From NCBI RefSeq assembly GCF_009834535.1, contig NC_045696.1:71612001-71676000 (forward strand): a stretch of 64,000 nucleotides of DNA. The letters run 5' to 3'. Source of the DNA: Camelus ferus (lineage: Eukaryota). The translations under genes and the position numbers were made by a program. The notes below the pieces were generated by a model that saw only the letters and a program-made list of their open reading frames with translations, did no database searches and was not told the origin of the DNA. Below, piece after piece: positions 10,301-22,942 of the stretch (its first letter is position 1; each line of letters opens with the position of its first letter).

Positions 10301-13300
10301 CTCGGTCCCTGCTTGTTTGCATCACCAGCTCCCAATTCATTGTCTGGGATTGGTCCAGGCCAAGTTACATGGTAGGGCATTAGCTCTGTGTGTTGGAAAG
10401 TGAGCACTTCTGGATCCAGACGTGGCTTCTGCACTACACTACATCCCACTCAGAGGAAGATTTGCCACCTAGCAACCAAATGACAAAGGTCCATTATATG
10501 CAGCTACTATGTGACAGGTCTGCACCAGGATAGGGGTTAAGGTAACAGGAAAACTATGCAAGTATCAGGGAATTCCAGGGCTCTTGTCACATATGCATCA
10601 GAGACAAGGATCCTGAGATCCTAGAAGGCCAAGAGGACAATTACTTGCCCTTTTATTCCTCCTCTCCCTCCAGATTGTGGGCAGCCCTGGGTATGAGAGA
10701 CTGTGGCATGCAAGCATCATCCATCATGTGTGGACTGGAATAAGGCTGAAAGCATGGGCTATGAGAGGGCCCTTGGCACCACTGCAAAGGCTGGCATTCA
10801 GCAGACACCCTGTAAATGTTTGACGTGAATAAAAACTTGATGTTCCTTCTGCAGGTTCTGTCACTGATTAAGTGACATCCTGGTCAGAGCAGAAAGTCCT
10901 CATAGAGTCGGGAGGCTATTGCACAACTTTAGAAAAGGGAAGGACGATAAAGCTTTGTCACCACAGGAAAAATTGGAAGGAGCAGTTAGAAAACCCAAAA
11001 TGCTTCAGAATTTGTGGATTCAACAGGTCACTCATGTGATCATCTGGACACAGATGTGCTATGCCCACATAGTGACTCCTGCAGACTTTTCTTAGGATTG
11101 GAAGATGCTGGGCAGCAGTTGCTGCTCCAGAGTGGAAGTGCAATCAGATCCTTTGGATTTTCAATAAAATGTCGTCTGTTATCTCCACCCCAGTGTCTAG
11201 GGCGTGTGGATCTTCTTTCAATCAAGAACAGAAAAAAAATATTCTCCACTTTTGAATAGTGTTCCATGCAGCATTCAACTAGATCACAACAGAAATACTT
11301 TCATCATTTATATCACAAGTTCTAAGCTTTATCCCTCCCTCAAGTACATGGATGTATAACTGTCTCTCCATGCAAATGCCTTTATAGAGATAGATTCTAA
11401 TATGGTAACACCAAACAGTCCCTGAGTGGAGATGACCAGATGTTGAATATCTGTGGTTTTGGTGAAACTGCCTTGGAGCTCACCATCCACCCTATTGCTC
11501 AACATTCTTATATTAGTCAGCATTCTTTTGGTTGCAAGGGATGGGAACTCAAAGTCAAACCAGTTTAGGCAAAAGAGGAAGGTATTTGGCCACATAACCA
11601 AAGCACCGAAGTATAGGAAGGGCTGGGATGCAGCAGAGCCCAGGAGGAAGAGGAACCAGAGCCTTTTATGCTGTTAGGGAGATTTCTTCCCACCCTCACT
11701 CAGCTTCTCTCTTGCTCTGTTGGGATTTCTCAGGTGCACTTCTGCCTCACAATGGGGAATTTGCCTGTTGGCAGCTCTGAGACTCACTTTTCCCAGCTTT
11801 TGTTTCAGAGAGAAACTGAGGGGCTAGCTTCAGTTTGAAAAGTTCCCAGGAAATACTGATTGGTCCAGCTCCATTCAATTATCCAGTCCTAGACCAATCA
11901 CTGTTGGGAGGTGGGACACAATGGTCAGCCCAGCCTCACTTAGGAGTCCACTGTTGGACTAAGAGGTGAGTATGTGTGTGTGTGTGAGAAAAACATTGAG
12001 AGAGAGAGAGAGGTCGGTAAAAAATGAAAGCTCCTACTTGAACCACATGAGTTGAGTGGGACCTGACTGGGGAGAAAAATACTTTCCAGAAATAGGGGGA
12101 GGGCACTGGACAAAAGGAAAAATAAATTTCCATTAAAGAAGAATAAAAAATCCTGGCTTACTTTTTTTATTAGCCAACTTATACTTCAGGAAGCTCAGTC
12201 AGTGCGCTAGCTTTTCTTAGCCTAGGTTTCAGTAGTATTTTCTCCTCCTACTTTAATTACTTAGTTCTTATCTTATTTTTGTTGTTACTATTTGTATCTA
12301 TGATAACTCTACTGCTTCAGTATAAGCCACCTCAAGTTCTTTTGGAGAGGTCATTTCTGTATAAAGATAAATCGTCCTTGCTATGAAAGAATATCGTTTA
12401 GCCAACCTACATGTCTTTTGCCAGCTGTAAGGATTCTTTCAATACATGTAACACTTGTGGAAAGCTTCAAGGCCACAATAATTGCAGGAGTGCTGATACT
12501 GTTATGACTTTAAAACACAATCAAACCAAAAGTTTCAACATAGCCTTATTCTGAGGAGACACTTAAGGATCTATAAAAATCAACCATCGGCAGGTTTACA
12601 TATAATGATTCAAGTCTAGGATCAAGTAAGAGCTGACGTGTCATAAGTGATCATGTATCATAAAGAGTAAGCTCAGGCTTGCAGGGTGCTGGATATTAAG
12701 GGCATTTTGGTGTTGGGGGAATTAGGGGAGGGGCAGATGCCTGATGATTAATTCCAAGAAGGTGAGGTTGGTGGACACAGCACACGAAAGAAACAAGACA
12801 AAGAGAAGGGAGATTAGGTAATTTAGTAAAGTTCTCAGATGACTGGCAGGATCCTTACAGCTCAGGGTAGCAGGTTGGTTTAGCAGGCAATGTCTGTTTC
12901 CTTTACAGATGAGCCTGGAGGTGGAGGGGGAGAGAATTTAGTAATTGTGATGAAAAACCTGCACTCCTCCCACACTTCTTTATATACCACTGATGATTTG
13001 TAGGCCTTTAATTGAGGAACACTGCATCATATAACCTCTCCTAAGATACAAATGTCAGGGCAGGGTTCAGGAACAAAATATTAAGCTTTCAGTTCTGTGG
13101 TGTTGAGTGGGTTTAGTGAAATTCCATCCATCTCTCCATTCATGTATTCATTTGATTGACACAAATTTCTTAAGCGCCTAATCTATGCCAGGCATGAGTA
13201 TACAAAGATGAATGAGTTGTGGTTCCCCCTTGACTTCGAAATCACAATCAGAGGAAAGAGATGGATAAATCAATGTTTCAGTCCAGGGTGATAAGTGCTA

Positions 13301-16067
13301 TGATGAGGCTCTGCTTATGGAAGGGGCATGAAATTGTTACCGACCCTCCTGAGTCAGTCCCCAAAAAGATCTTCCTGTCAGGTGTCACATCCATAGAATG
13401 AGATGGAGTTCGGTTCAGAAGCAAAGGAAAGCTTTACTCTTCGGTTAAAGAATGGAGAGATGTGGGCTGGCTCTAGAGTCCGTGCTCTCCCCGCAGGCTG
13501 TGGGCGGGGCTGCTTCGTAGAGCTCTGGTCGCAGCGGGAGGGGCAGAGTTCTCACGGTCCGTGCAGGCGTGCTGCTTGTGCCCCAGATCTCAGTGCCTGG
13601 CGCAGCCTCTCTGCACACGGTCCACTGCTGCCATCTTGAATCGAGTGTCACTCGGCCACCGAGCTGAGGCATCCGGTGCAGCGGTTCTGCACTGGGAACA
13701 CTAATTTCAAGAGTCAGATGCAAGGCTTCTGCACACAGCCCCCAATGGTAAGTAAAACTAAGCACCAAAGAAGAGATTAGACCTTATCTTATCACCTAGA
13801 TTCCTCCTCATTCCTCCACTTCCCACTCCAGTGGGCTTCACTGGTGACAAAGTCAGAGTGGAGAAAAAGCAGTCAGAGAAGGCTTCCTGGAAGAGGTGAT
13901 ATCTGAGCAGAGTTTTAAAGGATGATTAGGCATTGGACCGAAGGGACCAAGAGATGGAGAGAAAGGGAGCAGAATTCCAGGCAAAAGAAAACGCATCTCG
14001 GAAAGTGTTGTGCAGCATAAGCATGGGACCACAGGTAGAAGACCAGGGTTGGAGTAAAGGATATGCATGGTCTAATAAGGCAGAGACAGATGGGCAAGGT
14101 AGACCATGAAAGGTTTTGATGGGCTATGATGAAGAGTCTGAAATGCATCTTATAGCCAGTAGGAAGCCAGGGAAGAGTTTTTAATGAGGAGAGTGAACCA
14201 AGATCTCTGTTAAAATAACCCTTTGGGCTGTGGTGCAGAGGTCCCGATAATCTAGGGAGAATCTCCAGTGATTGCAGAAATTACAGGTAGAGGAAATGAA
14301 TTAAGGCTGAGGCAATAGGAAGACAGTCCCAAGTGACAATCTGAGTCCTCTCTGAGGGACCTCAGGGTCGCCAGACCACAGAGAGCCCCAAGGAGGGAGT
14401 GGCGCTGGCTGGTGAGAAGGGGAAGAAGAAACCAAGGCCGGGGACTGGAAGGCAGACTAAACTGGAAGACAAATCACACTTTTGCCAAAGGCCAACACTG
14501 AGCTTCAAGACTGAAAAGAGAAAGAGAAGGTAGTGTAACTTTATCAACCCTTCACCCACCTATGCCATCCCACTGTAGAGCAGAGCCCAGAAACAGAACA
14601 AGTAATTTCAAAGTAACTCAAGTTCTGAACTTACTTTTTTGAACACCTTGAGGGACACACACCACTGCTATTAAAATCCATTCCTTTCTTTTATCCACAT
14701 CTCAGATAGGGACCACATCACCTTCATATAAATTTTAAAAATTTCTGTCTAGGAGGACCAATTAGAAATAGGTGCCTCTTGCCCTGGGGATGTCACTGTC
14801 CACATCAGGGCCCAAGGTTTGGCGAGTGCAGCTGGATGTCAGCCCCAAGTCTGGGCAGCCCAGCCTGAGTAACTCCTCCTTCACCTCTCACGTCAGCTGT
14901 AAGATCTCCTGTCTTCCTCCCCTTTTCCTCTGGATTCTGTATCATAAAAGTCCAAGGATCAGGCCTGGCAGTCTAGATTCCTCTGTGGTAGCTGAAGCAC
15001 ATATATGATCATCTTTGCCCTGTTACAATGGGGATAAATTTTAGGACTGGGAAAGCCATTTGAACACCTTGGAGTGAAGATTGGGACCAATTCACATGTT
15101 TCTAAGTGGTCAGAATCAGAGAATGCTCAAAAAAACCTTTAAGCTGAGGCTGACCCTTGACTTCTGGTTAATGACATGGAGGCCACAAAGAAACCAGCAT
15201 GGGGTCCTGGGGAACTGAGATGGAAAATGTTTGGAAAAAGAGGGTGATAAGGAGCCTCCAGGATAACAGCCTAGTCAGGATGTGGTGGTGGGCAGTGAGC
15301 ACAAATGCTGACTCTGCTCCCAGCCCAAGGGAAGTGAGAATCAGAGAATTGTTGAAGGGGTTGTGAGGGAAATGGTGTTTCATTACGGGAAACCAGGTTT
15401 CATCTTCGGTCAAGGAGGTATAAGATGTGTAAAGGAAAATTAAGGTGAAGAAGGACCACCACATTTTGTAATGTAAAACCTCAGGTAGGAGAGCTTAGGA
15501 TAAACATTGTGGGCCTGGGGTTCCAATTTGTAGACTCATTGGCTAATATAGATCTTCACACACGTACTTTGCTCCAGGTCAATCAGTCTTGTAGGTCATT
15601 GTTATTTATTCTCATGGCAGTCAGAGGAGAAATATGGCTGTGGAGACTGTAAGGTAAAATAGGTGAATCCATTTCCTTTCCATCTCTCTGTGTATCCGTC
15701 CACCCATCCAAAAAATATTGTGTCTATTATACTAAGAATTGAAAGAGAAATAAAATCCAACCCTTGCCTTTCAGAGTCTTATGAATCTAATAGAGGAAAA
15801 GACATTAAAAACAGACCCTCTACAGTGTACATGGAGAAGCCTGTCTGGAGTCCAAAGGTGTTGATGTAAACAGAGGCACATGTTGGAAACTGCTAGCTGA
15901 GTCATGGGCTGGGGAAGGGGGTATACAGATCAGACTGCGAAGGGCCTTATATAGCAATGTTGAGAGCACTTTAGCATCTCTTTTTCTACAACCTTTTATA
16001 CACTTTTAGTACAATCTTCTTTAGCATTTGGGCCCATTTGTTATTCAGGATTTTTCTTGTCCTATTG

Positions 16068-16620
16068 TGTCAGTCAGGGCTCTGCATTGCAAATGGCAGA
16101 CAGTCAGTTCAAACTGGTTCAAGCATATAAAAAAAAAAGGAATTTGTTTGCTCACATAATTTAAAAGTCCAGGGGTATTGGTTTCCAGCTTAGTTGGATC
16201 CTGGTGCTCAAATAATGTCGTCAGGACTCAGTTTCACTCTGTCTCTTGTCTCCACTTTCCTCTGTGTTGGTTCCTCTCTCATGGAGGGCTTCACGCATGG
16301 AAGCAAGAAGGTCTCCAGCAGCTTTGAAATTTTATTTCTCCCAGCTCAGCAGCCCCGGGGGGAAGAAAACTTCTCTTCCCTAATAATTCCAGAGAAAGTT
16401 CTGGAATTGGTTTCAATTGGATTGACTTCTTCTTGTGCCCACCTGCGACCCAGTCACTGTGGCTTGGGAAACATAATGTACCATGCTCACCTTGGTCTAC
16501 GAGGTGGGACTAGTTCCAACCAAACCTCCGAGACCGGTAACGGAGGAGGGCTAGTTCTCCAAAGGGAAATCTGAGCACTCCTCCTAAAGGATTCGGAATA
16601 AAGGTGGGCAGGCAAAATAA
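16068..16620. mobile_element. Old MaLR LTR (MLT1J/K-like)
   Basis: Begins tgtcagtcagggctctgcattgcaaatggcagac and carries typical MLT1 motifs. Subfamily uncertain. Confidence 0.5.
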
Positions 16621-17600
16621 GAACTTCCCATTCTCTCTTTGTGGCTGAATCGTTGCTGAATTCTGGCCACAAGCATTTGCTGTGATTGATGTTTATCCTG
16701 CCTAACCTTGCAGCACAGAACAAGCTCCTTCCTTCTGTCGTAAATTTGGATGGGCTGAAGCCATCCATAGCATGAGGAGGCCTCAGCGATGGTTCAGGAG
16801 GGCTGGAAGGGAGTCTGATTCTATAAGGATGTGGCTGGCATCTTGTCTCCTAGAGGGTGCATGTGCAGTATCCTTGAGGGGTGGTGAACTGGGGGAAGGA
16901 GCTTGGCAGAGGCAGTTCTTCTGAAGTCTGGTGTTCAGACCTGTTTAGAGTCAGATAGGGGCAGCTATGGAATTCCAGCTCCTCTGTCAGTTTGGAGCAA
17001 AGACTCAGCCAGCAGGTAGGGATTCAGGGAGCTGACTCCAGGCTCCAGAAAGAGATAGTGGAGTGCTGTTAGCCGTGTCTCTGGTGTGGAAAGAAAGATG
17101 GCCATGAACTTCCAAATCCTTTTCTGAAGGCACTCCTCCAGATGTGTGAGTTTTACCTGTGCATAGCAGATGAGAACAAGTTGCACACTGTTTGTTACCA
17201 ACAGGGCTTTGGCACCACCTCCTGTTTTAGAGCTCCTAGCTCTAATGAGATGTGTTACTTGAATATCAGCTGCAGGGGCCTGTCTAAACAGCTGAAGGAG
17301 AGAAAGGCTTGAGAGGCCCAGACAAGGCCTGCTTCCACTGAACCTCCACCAGGTTGAGAAGTGAAGGAGGAGCACTGCTCCCTCCCTCACATTTTGGGGG
17401 GCAGCCCTCTGCTCATGGAATTCTAGGAGGGCTGGCTCTTAGAAGATGAGAAGGAGAAGCTACAGGGAGGGAAGACTTTGAAGGGCCTGTCTGTCCCAGA
17501 ATCATGGCCAGTTATTTCCTTCACCTGGGCCCTTGTCCAATTTCCTCCTTCTCAGAGTGAGCCAAGGGGAGCTGGAAAGTGAGTTGATCTCTCTTGAGGG

Positions 17601-17945
17601 CATTGGTTCTTAAGTTTGGTTTGCAGAAGAATTATGGGTGGGGGCTGAGTGAACCTAATAAAATTCATATTCCCAGCTTCACTGCTAGAGATTTTGATTC
17701 AGTAGGTCTGGGGTAGGTGGGGTTCAGGATTCTGCATTCTTTTTTCTTTCTTTTTTTTTTAATATCAATTTTATTGTTTTGGGGGGGGAGGAGGTAATTA
17801 GGTTTATTTATTGATTTATTTTTAGAGGAGATACTAGAGATTGAACCCAGGACCTTGTGCTAAGCATACACTCTACCACTTGAGCTAGACCCTCCCCTCA
17901 GGAATTCTGATGCCAGCTGTCTATGGAATATTCTTTGAGACCCAC
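17601..17945. mobile_element. MER5A-like hAT element interrupted by a SINE
   Basis: agagattttgattcagtaggtctggggt...ctgcatt before the SINE and ctgatgc...ctttgaga after it match the recalled MER5A layout. Confidence 0.6.
17740..17898 (-). mobile_element. tRNA-derived SINE, camelid Vic-1-like
   Basis: Reverse strand reads GGGGAGGGTCTAGCTCAAGTGGTAGAG (A box)...GGTTCAATC (B box)...AAACCTAATTACCTCC, then an A-rich tail. Confidence 0.8.
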
Positions 17946-18859
17946 CAGCCTCAAGGCTGGAGTGTCTGCAGGCCAGGGATATGGGCAGGACTCATGTGTT
18001 GGGACAGGGTTTACATGGTAAGGGCTTAGGAGACAGCTTGAGGTCAGAAACTGGGCTAAGCCAAATGTCTACGTACTTCCTTTGGTTAGGAAATGGTAGA
18101 TGGAAGGTTTGGTGCCTTCAGCTTAGAGGCTCTGAGGACTGTAGAGTGATGTCATCCCATGCTAGGGCACCCTTGCATCTGCTGACTTTCTGCTTTCTTT
18201 GCAGTAGAAACCCCTTTGATTGACCACATAGGGTTTATATCCAATAATCCCTTCTTAACGATATAATGTTCATTGAGCAGCATGTGATTACTAATTAAAA
18301 AAAAATTGTAACCAATTGGTATACATATTGATACATACTCTTAAGTAGAATTTAACTCAGTTTGCAACCAATGTTAGAGCCATTTCAACCCAGAATATCT
18401 CACTGATGCCCAAGAGTTAGTTCCTGGTATAAATGGGATGGTGAAGGGGTTAGAGGATGAACAGAGGAGAGACAGCATGGGTGGAGCTGGTACAGGAGTG
18501 AGAAAGTGGGGGCGGTGGAGGTGGGTATTTGTTTAGAGGACTGTGACTGGGGTTAGAGGTTCAGGAGGCAGGAGATTCAGAGGCAAGTATGGAGGCCTGG
18601 GGAGGCAGTGGGCCATAGCAAAGTTGGGCTGAGTTCAAAATTCCCAGTGGATGACATTTAGGCTCTGCAGGGGCCTCTAGAACTCATCCATGCTGTAGGC
18701 AGGAGGTTCTAGGGTGAGTGCATCCTCTTCAAGCTCCAGGCCCTCAGGGGTGTGATGGGAGTTCTCTTGGGGGGGCACAGGGCTCATGAGGGTGTTTGAT
18801 CATTCTTGGGGGTGCCAATTCCTGTCGAAAGCAAACACACAGGGGCTAGAAGCACAAGT

Positions 18860-19205
18860 TCATTCATTCATCCTTTCATTTATTTTTCTCTCCAGGTATT
18901 TACTGAGTCTCTGTTAGGTTCCAGGCACTGTTCTGGCCTTGGGGACATAGCATTGAGCACGTTACAGCTGCTGACCTCACTCAGCTCATGTTCTAGTGGG
19001 GTGACAACTATTAACTCGTCAACAACAGATGTGTAATGTTTCAGGCTGTGACAGGGTTATGAAGAAAAACAAAGGAGGTGATGTTAGGGCGCGACTATTT
19101 TAGAGTGAGCATCAGGGAGGGCCACTCCGAGGAGGCAATGTCCGAGTGGAGACCTGAATGACGTGAAGTGAGGCCGACAGAACGTGGAGGGGAGCGAGGC
19201 CCAGG
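18860..19205 (-). mobile_element. L2 LINE 3' fragment
   Basis: ttcattcattcatc...tatttactgagt...ccaggcactgttct is the reverse complement of the L2 3' end. Confidence 0.65.
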
Positions 19206-20143
19206 CAGAAAGACGGGGCCATGGCTGGACTTCATTCCTGGAGACTCTTGGGCCCGTGGCTGTTTTCATGGCAGTTGTGAGAGATGAGCTCACTGGCCTC
19301 AGCTCTATTTTGGGGTGGGCACTGACTCACAGCTGAAGTATTGGGCAACAGATTCCCTGCTGTGGGACTGTTTCTCACTGTAAAATGAGGATCTTTGTAG
19401 TTACCTCTGTTTTATAAGAATCTCATGAGAATTGGTCAGTGTCTGTCTAGGGAGCATTTTTATTACACAAAAATTTTATTTATCTCCTGTGTAAGCTAAG
19501 GGATAAATGGTCAGCAACTAACCCAGCTGTGTACTCAGGGAGCAAACCGTGTTCTGGTTCTCTCAGTACTGACACTCAGATGACCCCCTGAAGATGGCCT
19601 TGAACTCCTGCTGACTTTCTTGACTTTAGTGCACTGCTGAGCTCCAGAATAAGAGCCCAAAGTCCTAGGTTTTGGTCCCCATTCTATTGCCAACAACCTG
19701 TAGGGTCTTAGGCAATTCACTTAAATTTTTACCTCAGTTTATCACCTATAAAATGGGTGTAGTATTCAAAAGAGATAATGCCATTTGCCCTATGAATGCT
19801 ATAAACATAAATGTGAGAGATTACTGTTATTGGAGTGGGAACCTAAGGGTGACCCACTTTGCTCAAGTTATGGACCTTTCATGGGTCCCAGCATTGCCGA
19901 AGTGTTTCCATGACTCTCCTGGAGAGCTGCGGGAGGCCTAGGAGTTTGGTCTATGAGAAACAGGTAGTTTTCTCCTTAGTTTTACCTTATCTGTGTTTGC
20001 CACGGTGGCTGTGGCCCAGGAGAGTTTATTTAAGTGACAGAAAATCAGTGAAAAACTCTCAGAGGAAAGCAGAGAAATGCTGGGATTTGGGGACCCAAAC
20101 CGGACACACACACACAAAAAAGCCCCAGAGGAAGGACAGTCTA

Positions 20144-20238
20144 TTTTTTAATTTTTATTTTAATGGAGGTGCTGGGGATTGAACCCAGGACCTTGTGCAT
20201 GCTAAGCACACATCCTACCACTGAGCTGTGCTCTCCCC
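20144..20238 (-). mobile_element. tRNA-derived SINE, camelid Vic-1-like (short form)
   Basis: ggggattgaacccaggaccttgtgcatgctaagc...ctaccactgagct...cccc preceded by a T-rich tail; similar to the copy at 17740. Confidence 0.8.
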
Positions 20239-21624
20239 TTGGGCATTGCCTTTAGAGCACTTCTTTCCTCTCTTTCCCATGAACATTTATTGAGCTCTTA
20301 CTGTGTGCCAGGCACTATGCTAATGAATCTAGATCAGTCTGTGTACAGCCCTAGCCTTGACTCCACGCTGGATGAGGGGTGGACAGCCATGCAGGGACAT
20401 GACTGGACCGGGCCCAGTGCTGGCAGGTCAAGTGTTGCAAGCCGGAGTGCGGTCACCTTGCCTATTCCAAGTGTCTCCCACAGCCTGCCAAGATTCCTCT
20501 GACCTGGTCTGAAGTCCCTTCCCTTCGTAAGTACTGGGTATTGTGCCAACAACTTTGTGTACGTTGTCTTATTTTCCCAGCAGCTCAAGGGGCAGGGACT
20601 ATTATACCACTTTACAGAGGAGGAAACTGAGGTTTGTTCACTTGGCCAAAGTTATACAGTGAGTTAGCATCGGAGCCTAGACATGAAAGCCCCTCCTCCT
20701 TCCTCCAGCCAGCACTGCAGCTCTTCTTCCTGCCCTCCCCTAGGATCCTGGAATCCCTTTGCTAGTGCACACACACTCCCACACACATCAGAAGCCAGAA
20801 GGGCCTGAGAATTTACCTACTCCTCGGGTGGCCCCATTACTAAGACTGTAAGAAGGTGCCAGGGTATCACAGCCCAGCTTCTTTGCCTCTTGTTGGGACG
20901 ACTCTGGAATGTATTCTCCAGAGGTCCCCTGCAGGATTAAGCCAAAGTGACTTCGTGTATGACTTTTGTCTTGCTTGGCTTCCTCCCTCCGCCTCATCCT
21001 ACTGCCCCCCGACCCCTAACATATCACTGGCTATGGAGGGTTGGTTTCTGGAGGATCCAGTTACCCAGTTAGGTATTGGCTGAGCCAGGGCAGGACGTTA
21101 TTCAGTGACTAATTCCAAGAGAGAATTCAGAAGCAGTGTCTAGCAATGACAACCTGATCAAGAGTCCAGATGACCTCAGAGGTTCTAATAATCATGTCAC
21201 ATGGGACACAAAAAATACATAGGCTTCAAAAGAGCCCCTCAAAGTGCAAGGCATTGAATTAGACAATTTATATACCTATCTCATTTAATATTAAAACATC
21301 TTTCCACTAGACTTTTCCAGTTTTCATTAGAATGTTTGAGATCACACAGATTCAACAAAATTCACCTTTCACTAATCTTAAAGTCACATTCTAGATAAAG
21401 GAGCTTTCCTAAATTTCACCTTGGTAGGACTCCAATGATAGGTTGCCTTAGTTACATGAAGCTTCATTTGACCCCATTATCCCTGCCCACCCTCTCCTGC
21501 TAAACGTCCTCTTTCCCGTGTATTCATATACATGACATTCATGTGGGTGACATTCACTTTACCCCCTGAGATGATTGCAGATCTGGGTGACCTGACAGCA
21601 CAGTTCAGGGTTGATGTCCTAGAG

Positions 21625-21945
21625 CTGTGCTGCCTAGTACAAGTGGCCACCAGCCACATGTGGCTGTTGAGCATTTGAATTATGGCTGGTTTGGATTGAG
21701 ATGTGCTTTAAGTATAAAATATACATGGGGGATTTTTAAGACTTAATATGAAATGAAGAATGTAAATTACCTCATTAATACTAAAATATTTATTACATGT
21801 TGAAAGGATAGCATTTCTATATGTATTGGGTTAAATAAAAGATATAATTAATTTTATCTCCTATTTTTTACTTTAAAAATTGTGGTTACTAGAAAATTTT
21901 AAATTACACATATAGCTTGCATTATATTTCTATTGGGCAGCACTG
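21625..21945. mobile_element. MER33-like hAT-Charlie DNA transposon, near full length
   Basis: Imperfect terminal inverted repeats CTGTGCTGCCTAGTA / TATTGGGCAGCACTG, flanked by tcctagag / ctctagag (degenerate 8-bp target duplication); 321 bp. Confidence 0.75.
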
Positions 21946-22463
21946 CTCTAGAGACTCAAAGGGGAATTTAGGGAGTGAGGTTGTCCAACTCCTCCCAGGA
22001 AGACAGGCTGAGCTGGAAAGAAAATGTGTGGTTGCTGTGATGGCAGGGCTCTATGGAATCAGGAGGCAGCAGGTGCGTGCTTCACGATCTCATCGCTTCA
22101 CAAGGTGCACGGTTCGGCAGAAGGCTCTGCGCGCCTCTGACCAAGACAGTTTATGACTGAAGGTCATCTGCCTAAGTGATATCACTGCTTCTCTGGTTTC
22201 AGGCTGGGATTTGTTAACTTTGCAGAATTCGCATTTGCTCTTTGTGTCGTGCTATCATATTCTTGTGAGGGGATGGGGAGCAGACCATGTGAGGGAAGAG
22301 AAAAGAGGAGAGAAAAGAGTGGGAGGATTATTGTTGATTAAAACAGAGACAGGAAGAAGGACAGAAGGAGGAAGAAGTTCTCACTGGCTAAAACAAAGGG
22401 TTCAAAAATCAGCTTGTTGAGTGATTTCTTCCTCTTTCTGTTTTTCTCTTGATTTTCTCAGTC

Positions 22464-22493
22464 TCTTGGTCTTGGTCTTGGTCTTGGTCTTGG
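22464..22493. repeat. (TCTTGG)5 microsatellite
   Basis: Five perfect hexamer units read directly. Confidence 0.9.
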
Positions 22494-22584
22494 ATCTTTT
22501 ATGGCCACCGTAGACTGTTCTTTGTGCATATGTGTCCCTGCTAGTTTGTGAACTACTTAGGAGGTGGGGGTGCTAGACATTGCT

Positions 22585-22942
22585 TGTATTAGTCAACTTG
22601 GGCTGCCATAACAAAATACATTGGACTAGGTGACTTCAACAACAGAAATCTATTTTCTCACCATTTTAGAAGCTGGAAATCCAAATCAGGGTGCTAGCAT
22701 GGTCAGCTTCCAGTGAGGGCTCTCTTCCTGATTTATAGATGAACACTGTGTGCTTACACAGTAGAGAGAGAATTTCTCTCTTTTCCTTTTCTAATAAGGA
22801 TATCAGCTGTACTGGATAAGGACCTCATATTTATGATCTCATTTAGCCTTAATTACAAAATCCCTAGCTACAAAAAACAGTCACATTGAAGGTTAGGGCT
22901 TCAACATAGGAATTTTACGGGGACACACTTCAGTCCAGAGTA
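22585..22942. mobile_element. MLT1A-like MaLR solo LTR
   Basis: tgtattagtc...gggctgccataacaaaata...ttagggcttcaacatagg...cagtcca resembles the recalled MLT1A consensus. Confidence 0.7.

Noticed and set aside
10060..10400. GC-rich stretch with overlapping ORFs as a hidden exon or pseudogene
   Set aside because: No recognisable protein similarity or clear splice pair; probably an old LTR remnant, though I could not confirm that.
17830..17898. tRNA-like sequences here and near 20170-20238 and 40695-40757
   Set aside because: They carry A-rich tails, degenerate stems and in one case a target-site duplication, so they are SINEs rather than tRNA genes.
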